DNA of 64,000 nt from contig OZ024740.1 in assembly GCA_964016885.1 (NCBI GenBank), positions 430,094,001 through 430,158,000 on the forward strand, given 5' to 3'. The notes below the pieces were generated by a model. It searched no databases and was not told the DNA's origin. It was given only the letters and a program-made list of their open reading frames with translations. The DNA is from Eledone cirrhosa (taxonomy: Eukaryota). Position numbers and translations under genes: made by a program. Shown piece after piece: positions 1 through 12,000 of the stretch (within the stretch, counting starts at the first letter, position 1; each line of letters opens with the position of its first letter).

Positions 1-3000
1 GAGGAGGTGAGACAGGAGTTTCTGACAGTAATGTCTACCACCAAAGTTACCTTGGTGTAGGTGGTGCCAGATACACAATAACATGTGGAGGAGGTGAGAC
101 AGGAGTTTCTGACAGTAATGTCTACCACCAAAGTTACCTTGGTGTAGGTGGTGCCAGATACACAATAACATGTGGAGGAGGTGAGACAGGAGTTTCTGAC
201 AGTAATGTCTACCACCAAAGTTACCTTGGTGTAGGTGGTGCCAGATGTACAATAACATATGGAGGAGGTGAGACAGGAGTTTCTGACAGTAATGTCTACC
301 ACCAAAGTAACCTTGGTGTAGGTGGTGCCAGATACACAATAACATATGGAGGAGGTGAGACAGGAGTCTCTGACAGTAATGTCTACCACCAAAGTTACCT
401 TGGTGTAGGTGGTGCCAGATACATAATAACATGTGGAGGAGGTGAGACAGCAGTTTCTGACTGTAATGTCTACCACCAAAGTTACCTTGGTGTATTTGGT
501 GCCAGATACACAATAAAATGTGGAGGAGGTGGGGCAGGAGTTTCTGACAGTAATGTCTACCACCAAAGTTACCTTGGTGTAGGTGGTGCCAGATACATAA
601 TAACATATTGAGGAGGTGAGACAGGAGTTTCTGACAGTAATGTCTACCACCAAAGTTACCTTGGTGTAGGTGGTGCCAGATACACAATAACATATGGAGG
701 AGGTGAGACAGGAGTTTCTGACAGTAATGTCTACCACCAAAGTTACCTTGTTGTAGGTGGTGCCAGATACATAATAACATGTGGAGGAGGTGAGACAGGA
801 GTTTCTGACAGTAATGTCTACCACCAAAGTTACCTTGTTGTAGGTGGTGCCAGATACATAATAACATGTGGAGGAGGTGAGACAGGAGTTTCTGACAGTA
901 ATGTCTACCACCAAAGTTACCTTGGTGTAGGTGGTGCCAGATGTACAACAACATGTGGAGGAGGTGAGACAGGAGTTTCTGACAGTAATGTCTACCACCA
1001 AAGTTACCTTGGTGTAGGTGGTGCCAGATACACAATAACATGTGGAGGAGGGGAGACAGGAGTTTCTGACAGTAATATCTACCACCAAAGTTACCTTGGT
1101 GTAGGTGGTGCCAGATGTACAACAACATGTGGAGGAGGTGAGACAGGAGTTTCTGACAGTAATGTCTACCACCAAAGTTACCTTGGTGTAGGTGGTGCCA
1201 GATACACAATAACATGTGGAGGAGGTGAGACAGGAGTTTCTGACAGTAATGTCTACCACCAAAGTTACCTTGGTGTAGGTGGTGCCAGATACACAATAAC
1301 AAGTGGAGGAGGTGAGACAGGAGTTTTTGACAGTAATGTCTACCACCAAAGTTACCTTGGTGTAGGTGGTGCCAGATGTACAATAATATGTGGAGGAGGT
1401 GAGACAGGAGTTTCTGACAGTAATGTCTACCACCAAAGTTACCTTGGTGTAGGTGGTGCCAGATGTACAATAACATATGGAGGAGGTGAGACAGGAGTTT
1501 CTGACAGTAATGTCTACCTCCAAAGTTACCTTGATGTAGGTGGTGCCAGATGTACAATAACATATGGAGGAGGTGAGACAGGAGTCTCTGACAGTAATGT
1601 CTACCACCAAAGTTACCTTGGTGTAGGTGGTGCCAGATACATAATAACATGTGGAGGAGGTGAGACAGGAGTTTCTGACAGTGATGTCTACCACCAAAGT
1701 TACCTTGGTGTAGGTGGTGCCAGATACATAATAACATGTGGAGGAGGTGAGACAGGAGTTTCTGACTGTAATGTCTACCACCAAAGTTACCTTGGTGTAG
1801 GTGGAGCCAGATACATAATAACATGTGGAGGAGGTGAGACAGGAGTTTCTGACAGTAATGTCTACCACCAAAGTTACCTTGGTGTAGGTGGTGCCAGATG
1901 TACAACAACATGTGGAGGAGGTGAGACAGGAGTTTCTGACTGTAATGTCTACCACCAAAGTTACCTTGGTGTAGGTGGTGCCAGATGTACAACAACATGT
2001 GGAGGAGGTGAGACAGGAGTTTCTGACAGTAATGTCTACCACCAAAGTTACCTTGGTGAAGGTGGTGCCAGATACACAATAACATGTGGAGGAGGTGAGA
2101 CAGGAGTTTCTGACAGTAATGTCTACCACCAAAGTTACCTTGGTGTAGGTGGTGCCAGATACACAATAACATGTGGAGGAGGTGAGACAGGAGTTTCTGA
2201 CAGTAATGTCTACCACCAAAGTTACCTTGGTGTAGGTGGTGCCAGATACACAATAACATGTGGAGGAGGTGAGACAGGAGTTTCTGACAGTAATGTCTAC
2301 CACCAAAGTTACCTTGGTGTAGGTGGTGCCAGATACACAATAACATATGGAGGAGGTGAGACAGGAGTCTCTGACAGTAATGTCTACCACCAAAGTTACC
2401 TTGGTGTAGGTGGTGCCAGATACATAATAACACGTGGAGGAGGTGAGACAGGAGTTTCTGACAGTAATGTCTACCACCAAAGTTACCTTGGTGTAGGTGG
2501 TGCCAGATGTACAATAACATCTGGAGGAGGTGAGACAGGAGTTTCTGACAGTAATGTCTACCACCAAAGTTACCTTGATGTAGCTGGTGGCAGATGTACA
2601 ATAACATGTGGTGGAGGTGAGACAGGAGTTTCTGACTGTAATGTCTACCACCAAAGTTACCTTGGTGTAGGTGGTGCCAGATACATAATAACATGTGGAG
2701 GAGGTGAGACAGGAGTTTCTGACAGTAATATCTACCACCAAAGTTACCTTGGTGTAGGTGGTGCCAGATGTACAATAACATGTGGAGGAGGTGAGACAGG
2801 AGTTTCTGACAGTAATGTCTACCACCAAAGTTACCTTGGTGTAGGTGGTGCCAGATACACAATAACATGTGGAAGGGGTGAGACAGGAGTTTCTGACAGT
2901 AATGTCTACCACCAAAGTTACCTTGGTGTAGGTGGTGCCAGATACACAATAACATGTGGAGGAGGTGAGACAGGAGTTTCTGACAGTAATGTCTACCACC

Positions 3001-6000
3001 AAAGTTACCTTGGTGTAGGTGGTGCCAGATGTACAACAACATGTGGAGGAGGTGAGACAGGAGTTTCTGACAGTAATGTCTACCACCAAAGTTACCTTGG
3101 TGTAGGTGGTGCCAGATACACAATAACATGTGGAGGAGGTGAGACAGGAATTTCTGACAGTAATATCTACCACCAAAGTTACCTTGGTGTAGGTGGTGCC
3201 AGATGTACAACAACATGTGAAGGAGGTGAGACAGGAGTTTCTGACAGTAATGTCTACCACCAAAGTTACCTTGGTGTAGGTGGTGCCAGATACACAATAA
3301 CATGTGGAGGAGGTGAGACAGGAGTTTCTGACAGTAATGTCTACCACCAAAGTTACCTTGGTGTAGGTGGTGCCAGATACACAATAACATGTGGAGGAGG
3401 TGAGACAGGAGTTTCTGACAGTAATGTCTACCACCAAAGTTACCTTGGTGTAGGTGGTGCCAGATACACAATAACATGTGGAGGAGGTGAGACAGGAGTT
3501 TCTGACAGTAATGTCTACCACCAAAGTTACCTTGGTGTAGGTGGTGCCAGATGTACAATAACATATGGAGGAGGTGAGACAGGAGTTTCTGACAGTAATG
3601 TCTACCACCAAAGTTACCTTGGTGTAGGTGGTGCCAGATACACAATAACATATGGAGGAGGTGAGACAGGAGTCTCTGACAGTAATGTCTACCACCAAAG
3701 TTACCTTGGTGTAGGTGGTGCCAGATACATAATAACATGTGGAGGAGGTGAGACAGCAGTTTCTGACTGTAATGTCTACCACCAAAGTTACCTTGGTGTA
3801 TTTGGTGCCAGATACACAATAAAATGTGGAGGAGGTGGGGCAGGAGTTTCTGACAGTAATGTCTACCACCAAAGTTACCTTGGTGTAGGTGGTGCCAGAT
3901 ACACAATAACATGTGGAGGAGGTGAGACAGGAGTTTCTGACAGTAATGTCTACCACCAAGTTACCTTGGTGTAGGTGGTGCCAGATACACAATAACATAT
4001 GGAGGAGGTGAGACAGGAGTTTCTGACAGTAATGTCTACCACCAAAGTTACCTTGGTGTAGGTGGTGCCGGATACATAATAACATATGGAGGAGGTGAGA
4101 CAGGAGTTTCTGACAGTAATGTCTACCACCAAAGTTACCTTGTTGTAGGTGGTGCCAGATACATAATAACATGTGGAGGAGGTGAGACAGGAGTTTCTGA
4201 CAGTAATGTCTACCACCAAAGTTACCTTGTTGTAGGTGGTGCCAGATACATAATAACATGTGGAGGAGGTGAGACAGGAGTTTCTGACAGTAATGTCTAC
4301 CACCAAAGTTACCTTGGTGTAGGTGGTGCCAGATGTACAACAACATGTGGAGGAGGTGAGACAGGAGTTTCTGACAGTAATGTCTACCACCAAAGTTACC
4401 TTGGTGTAGGTGGTGCCAGATACACAATAACATGTGGAGGAGGTGAGACAGGAGTTTCTGACAGTAATATCTACCACCAAAGTTACCTTGGTGTAGGTGG
4501 TGCCAGATGTACAACAACATGTGGAGGAGGTGAGACAGGAGTTTCTGACAGTAATGTCTACCACCAAAGTTACCTTGGTGTAGGTGGTGCCAGATACACA
4601 ATAACATGTGGAGGAGGTGAGACAGGAGTTTCTGACAGTAATGCCTACCACCAAAGTTACCTTGGTGTAGGTGGTGCCAGATACACAATAACATGTGGAG
4701 GAGGTGAGACAGGAGTTTCTGACAGTAATGTCTACCACCAAAGTTACCTTGGTGTAGGTGGTGCCAGATACACAATAACATGTGGAGGAGGTGAGACAGG
4801 AGTTTCTGACAGTAATGTCTACCACCAAAGTTACCTTGGTGTAGGTGGTGCCAGATGTACAATAACATATGGAGGAGGTGAGACAGGAGTTTCTGACAGT
4901 AATGTCTACCACCAAAGTTACCTTGGTGTAGGTGGTGCCAGATACATAATAACATATGGAGGAGGTGAGACAGGAGTCTCTGCCAGTAATGTCTACCACC
5001 AAAGTTACCTTGGTGTAGGTGGTGCCAGATACATAATAACATGTGGAGGAGGTGAGACAGCAGTTTCTGACTGTAATGTCTACCACCAAAGTTACCTTGG
5101 TGTATTTGGTGCCAGATACACAATAAAATGTGGAGGAGGTGGGGCAGGAGTTTCTGACAGTAATGTCTACCACCAAAGTTACCTTGGTGTAGGTGGTGCC
5201 AGATACATAATAACATATGGAGGAGGTGAGACAGGAGTTTCTGACAGTAATGTCTACCACCAAAGTTACCTTGGTGTAGGTGGTGCCAGATACACAATAA
5301 CATATGGAGGAGGTGAGACAGGAGTTTCTGACAGTAATGTCTACCACCAAAGTTACCTTGGTGTAGGTGGTGCCGGATACATAATAACATATGGAGGAGG
5401 TGAGACAGGAGTTTCTGACAGTAATGTCTACCACCAAAGTTACCTTGTTGTAGGTGGTGCCAGATACATAATAACATGTGGAGGAGGTGAGACAGGAGTT
5501 TCTGACAGTAATGTCTACCACCAAAGTTACCTTGTTGTAGGTGGTGCCAGATACATAATAACATGTGGAGGAGGTAAGACAGGAGTTTCTGACAGTAATG
5601 TCTACCACCAAAGTTACCTTGGTGTAGGTGGTGCCAGATGTACAACAACATGTGGAGGAGGTGAGACAGGAGTTTCTGACAGTAATGTCTACCACCAAAG
5701 TTACCTTGGTGTAGGTGGTGCCAGATACACAATAACATGTGGAGGAGGTGAGACAGGAGTTTCTGACAGTAATGTCTACCACCAAAGTTACCTTGGTGTA
5801 GGTGGTGCCAGATACACAATAACATGTGGAGGAGGTGAGACAGGAGTTTCTGACAGTAATGTCTACCACCAAAGTTACCTTGGTGTAGGTGGTGCCAGAT
5901 GTACAATAACATATGGAGGAGGTGAGACAGGAGTTTCTGACAGTATTGTCTACCTCCAAAGTTACCTTGATGTAGGTGGTGCCAGATGTACAATAACATA

Positions 6001-9000
6001 TGGAGGAGGTGAGACAGGAGTCTCTGACAGTAATGTCTACCACCTCAGTTACCTTGGTGTAGGTGGTGCCAGATACATAATAACATGTGGAGGAGGTGAG
6101 ACAGGAGTATCTGACAGTAATGTCTACCACCAAAGTTACCTTGGTGTAGGTGGTGCCAGATCCATAATAACATGTGGAGGAGGTGAGACAGGAGTGTCTG
6201 ACAGTAATATCTAACACCAAAGTTACCTTGGTGTAGGTGGTGCCAGATACATAATAACACGTGGAGGAGGTGAGACAGGAGTTTTTGACTGTAATGTCTA
6301 CCACCAAAGTTACCTTGGTGTAGATGGTGCCAGATGTACAATAACATATGGAGGAGGTGAGACAGGAGTTTCTAACAGTAATGTCTACCACCAAAGTTAC
6401 CTTGGTGTAGGTGGTGCCAGATACACAATAACATGTGGAGGAGGTGAGACAGGAGTCTCTGACAGTAATGTCTTCCAAAGTTACCTTGGTGTAGGTGGTG
6501 CCAGGTACACAATAACATGTGGAGGTGGTGAGACAGGAGTTTCTGACAGTAATGTCTACCACCAAAGTTACCTTGGTGTAGGTGGTGCCAGATACACAAT
6601 AACATGTGGAGGAGGTGAGACAGGAGTTTCTGACAGTAATGTCTACCACCAAAGTTACCTTGGTGTAGGTGGTGCCAGATACACAATAACATGTGGAGGA
6701 GGTGGGGCAGAAGTTGCTGACAGTAATGTCTACCACCAAAGTTACCTTGGTGTAGGTGGTGCCAGATACATAATAACATGTGGAGGAGGTGAGACAGGAG
6801 TTTCTGACAGTAATGTCTACCACCAAAGTCACCTTGGTGTAGGTGGTGCCAGATGTACAACAACATGTGGAGGAGGTGAGACAGGAGTTTCTGACAATAA
6901 TGTCTACCACCAAAGTTACCTTGGTGTAGGTGGTGCCAGATACACAATAACATGTGGAGGAGGTGAGATAGGAGTTTCTGACAGTAATATCTACCACCAA
7001 AGTTACCTTGGTGTAGGTGGTGCCAGATACACAATAACATGTGGAGGAGGTGAGACAGGAGTTTCTGACAGTAATGTCTACCACCAAAGTTACCTTGGTG
7101 TAGGTGGTGCCAGATACACAATAACATGTGGAGGAGGTGGGGCAGAAGTTGCTGACAGTAATGTCTACCACCAAAGTTACCTTGGTGTAGGTGGTGCCAG
7201 ATACATAATAACATGTGGAGGAGGTGAGACAGGAGTTTCTGACAGTAATGTCTACCACCAAAGTCACCTTGGTGTAGGTGGTGCCAGATGTACAACAACA
7301 TGTGGAGGAGGTGAGACAGGAGTTTCTGACAATAATGTCTACCACCAAAGTTACCTTGGTGTAGGTGGTGCCAGATACACAATAACATGTGGAGGAGGTG
7401 AGATAGGAGTTTCTGACAGTAATATCTACCACCAAAGTTACCTTGGTGTAGGTGGTGCCAGATGTACAACAACATGTGGAGGAGGTGAGACAGGAGTTTC
7501 TGACAGTAATGTCTACCACCAAAGTTACCTTGGTGTAGGTGGTGCCAGATATACAATAACATGTGGAGGAGGTGAGACAGGAATTTCTGACTGTAATGTC
7601 TACCACCAAAGTTACCTTGGTGTAGGTGGTGCCAGATACACAATAACATGTGGAGGAGGTGAGACAGGAGTTTCTCACAGTAATGTCTACCACCAAACTT
7701 ACCTTGGTGTAGGTGGTGCCAGATACACAATAACATGTGGAGGAGGTGAGACAGGAGTTTCTCACAGTAATGTCTACCACCAAAGTTACCTTGGTGAAGG
7801 TGGTGCCAGATACACAATAACATGTGGAGGAGGTGAGACAGGAGTATCTGACAGTAATGTCTACCACCAAAGTTACCTTGGTGTAGTTGGTGCCAGATAC
7901 ACAATAACATGTGGAGGAGGTGAGACAGGAGTTTCTGACAGTAATGTCTACCACCAAAGTTACCTTGGTGTAGGTGGTGCCAGATACACAATAACATGTG
8001 GAGGAGGTGAAACAGGAGTATCTGACAGTAATGTCTACCACCAAAGTTACCTTGGTGTAGGTGGTGCCAGATACATAATAACATATGGAGGAGGTGAGAC
8101 AGGAGTTTCTGACAGTAATGTCTACCACCAAAGTTACCTTGGTGTAGGTGGTGCCAGATACATAATAACATGTGGAGGAGGTGAGACAGGAGTTTCTGAC
8201 AGTAATGTCTACCACCAAACTTACCTTGGTGTAGGTGGTGCCAGATGTAGAATAACATGTGGAAGAGGTGAGACAGAAGTTTCTGACAGTAATGTCTACC
8301 ACCAAACTTACCTTGGTGTAGGTGGTGCCAGATACATAATAACATATGGAGGAGGTGAGACAGGAGTTTCTGACAGTAATGTCTACCACCAAAGTTACCT
8401 TGGTGTAGGTGGTGCCAGATACACAATAACATATGGAGGAGGTGAGACAGGAGTTTCTGACAGTATTGTCTACCACCAAAGTTACCTTGGTGTAGGTGGT
8501 GCCAGATACAAAATAACATGTGGAGGAGGTGAGACAGGAGTCTCTGACAGTAATGTCTACCACCTCAGTTACCTTGGTGTAGGTGGTGCCAGATACATAA
8601 TAACATGTGGAGGAGGTGAGACAGGAGTTTCTGACAGTAATGTCTACCACCAAAGTTACCTTGGTGTAGGTGGTGCCAGATGTACAATAACATATGGAGG
8701 AGGTGAGACAGGAGTTTCTGACAGTATTGTCTACCTCCAAAGTTACCTTGATGTAGGTGGTGCCAGATGTACAATAACATATGGAGGAGGTGAGACAGGA
8801 GTCTCTGACAGTAATGTCTACCACCTCAGTTACCTTGGTGTAGGTGGTGCCAGATACATAATAACATGTGGAGGAGGTGAGACAGGAGTATCTGACAGTA
8901 ATGTCTACCACCAAAGTTACCTTGGTGTAGGTGGTGCCAGATACATAATAACATGTGGAGGAGGTGAGACAGGAGTTTCTGACAGTAATGTCTAACACCA

Positions 9001-12000
9001 AAGTTACCTTGGTGTAGGTGGTGCCAGATACATAATAACACGTGGAGGAGGTGAGACAGGAGTTTTTGACTGTAATGTCTACCACCAAAGTTACCTTGGT
9101 GTAGGTGGTGCCAGATACATAATAACATGTGGAGGAGGTGAGACAGGAGTTTCTGACTGTAATGTCTACCACCAAAGTTACCTTGGTGTAGGTGGTGCCA
9201 GATACACAATAACATGTGGAGGAGGTGAGACAGGGGTTTCTGACAGTAATGTCTACCACCAAAGTTACCTTGGTGTAGGTGGTGCAAGATACATAATAAC
9301 ATGTGGAGGAGGTGAGACAGGAGTTTCTGACTGTAATATCTACCACCAAAGTTACCTTGGTGTAGGTGGTGCCAGATACACAATAACATGTGGAGGAGGT
9401 GAGACAGGAGTTTCTGACAGTAATGTCTACCACCAAAGTTACCTTGGTGTAGGTGGTGCCAGATACACAATAACATGTGGAGGAGGTGAGACAGGAGTTT
9501 CTGACAGTAATGTCTACCACCAAAGTCACCTTGGTGTAGGTGGTGCCAGATGTACAATAACATATGGAGGAGGTGAGACAGGAGTTTCTGACAGTAATGT
9601 CTACCACCAAACTTACCTTGGTGTAGATGGTGCCAGATGTACAATAACATATGGAGGAGGTGAGACAGGAGTTTCTGACAGTAATGTCTACCACCAAAGT
9701 TACCTTGGTGTAGGTGGTGTCAGATACACAATAACATATGGAGGAGGTGAGACAGGAGTCTCTGACAGTAATGTCTTCCAAAGTTACCTTGGTGTAGGTG
9801 GTGCCAGATACACAATAACATGTGGAGGAGGTGAGACAGGAGTTTCTGACAGTAATGTCTACCACCAAAGTTACCTTGGTGTAGGTGGTGCCAGATACAC
9901 AATAACATGTGGAGGAGGTGAGACAGGAGTTTCTGACAGTAATGTCTACCACCAAAGTTACCTTGGTGTAGGTGGTGCCAGATACACAATAACATGTGGA
10001 GGAGGTGGGGCAGAAGTTGCTGACAGTAATGTCTACCACCAAAGTTACCTTGGTGTAGGTGGTGCCATATGTACAACAACATGTGGAGGAGGTGAGACAG
10101 GAGTTTCTGACAGTAATGTCTACCACCAAAGTTACCTTGGTGTAGGTGGTGCCAGATACACAATAACATGTGGAGGAGGTGAGACAGGAGTTTCTGACAG
10201 TAATATCTACCACCAAAGTTACCTTGGTGTAGGTGGTGCCAGATGTACAACAACATGTGGAGGAGGTGAGACAGGAGTTTCTGACAGTAATGTCTACCAC
10301 CAAAGTTACCTTGGTGTAGGTGGTGCCAGATACACAATAACATGTGGAGGAGGTGAGACAGGAGTTTCTGACTGTAATGTCTACCACTAAAGTTAACTTG
10401 GTGTAGGTGGTGCCAGATACACAATAACATGTGGAGGAGGTGAGACAGGAGTTTCTCACATTAATGTCTACCACCAAAGTTACCTTGGTGTAGGTGGTGC
10501 CAGATGTACAATAACATGTGGAGGAGGTGAGACAGGAGTTTCTGACAGTAATGTCTACCACCAAAGTTACCTTGGTGTAGGTGGTGCCAGATGTACAATA
10601 ACATATGGAGGAGGTGAGACAGGAGTTTCTGACAGTAATGTCTACCACCAAAGTTACCTTGGTGTAGGTGGTGCCAGATACACAATAACATATGGAGGAG
10701 GTGAGACAGGAGTCTCTGACAGTAATGTCTACCACCAAAGTTACCTTGGTGTAGGTAGTGCCAGATACATAATAACATGTGGAGGAGGTGAGACAGGAGT
10801 TTCTGACTGTAATGTCTACCACCAAAGTTACCTTGGTGTAGGTGGTGCCAGATACACAATAACATGTGGAGGAGGTGAGACAGGAGTTTCTGACTGTAAT
10901 GTCTACCACCAAATTTACCTTGGTGTAGGTGGTGCCAGATACATAATAACATATGGAGGAGGTGAGACAGGAGTCTCTGACAGTAATGTCTACCACCAAA
11001 GTTACCTTGGTGTAGGTGGTGCCAGATACATAATAACATCTGGAGGAGGTGAGACAGCAGTTTCTGACAGTAATGTCTACCACCAAAGTTACCTTGGTGT
11101 AGGTGGTGCCAGATGTACAACAACATGTGGAGGAGGTGAGACAGGAGTGTCTGACAGTAATGTCTACCACCAAAGTTACCATGGTGTAGGTGGTGCCAGA
11201 TACATAATAACATGTGGAGGAGGTGAGACAGGAGTGTCTGACAGTAATGTCTACCACCAAAGTTACCTTGGTGTAGGTGGTGCCAGATACATAATAACAC
11301 GTGGAGGAGGTGAGACAGGAGTTTTTGACTGTAATGTCTACCAACAAAGTTACCTTGGTGTAGGTGGTGCCAGATACATAATAACATGTGGAGGAGGTGA
11401 GACAGGAGTTTCTGACTGTAATGTCTACCACCAAAGTTACCTTGGTGTAGGTGGTGCCAGATACACAATAACATGTGGAGGAGGTGAGACAGGAGTTTCT
11501 GACTGTAATGTCTACCACCAAAGTTACCTTGGTGTAGGTGGTGCCAGATACACAATGACATGTGGAGGAGGTGAGACAGGGGTTTCTGACAGTAATGTCT
11601 ACCACCAAAGTTACCTTGGTGTAGGTGGTGCCAGATGTACAATAACATGTGGAGGGGGTGAGACAGGAGTTTCTGACAGTAATGTCTACCACCAAAGTTA
11701 CCTTGGTGTAGGTGGTGCCAGATGTACAACAACATGTGGAGGAGGTGAGATAGGAGTTTCTGACAGTAATGTCTACACCAAAGTTACCTTGGTGTAGGTG
11801 GTGCCAGATACACAATAACATGTGGAGGAGGTAAGACAGGAGTTTCTGACTGTAATGTCTACCACCAAAGTTACCTTGGTGTAGGTGGTGCCAGATACAC
11901 AATAACATGTGGAGGAGGTGAGACAGGAGTTTCTGACAGTAATGTCTACCACCAAAGTTACCTTGGTGTAGGTGGTGCCAGATACACAATAACATGTGGT

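Noticed and set aside
7-60. Splice-like signals in every monomer (GAG|GTGAGA donor; TTTCTGACAG or GTGTAG acceptor) suggesting a micro-exon array
   Set aside because: The 22-nt intron option leaves 65-nt exons that cycle into stop-containing frames. The 54-nt option lacks a convincing polypyrimidine tract. Nothing supports it without spliced RNA reads.
52-103. G-quadruplex potential from clustered GG runs (GGTGTAGGTGG, GGAGGAGG...AGG)
   Set aside because: The consensus has only GG doublets and no GGG tracts, so at best weak two-tier structures; not supportable from sequence alone.
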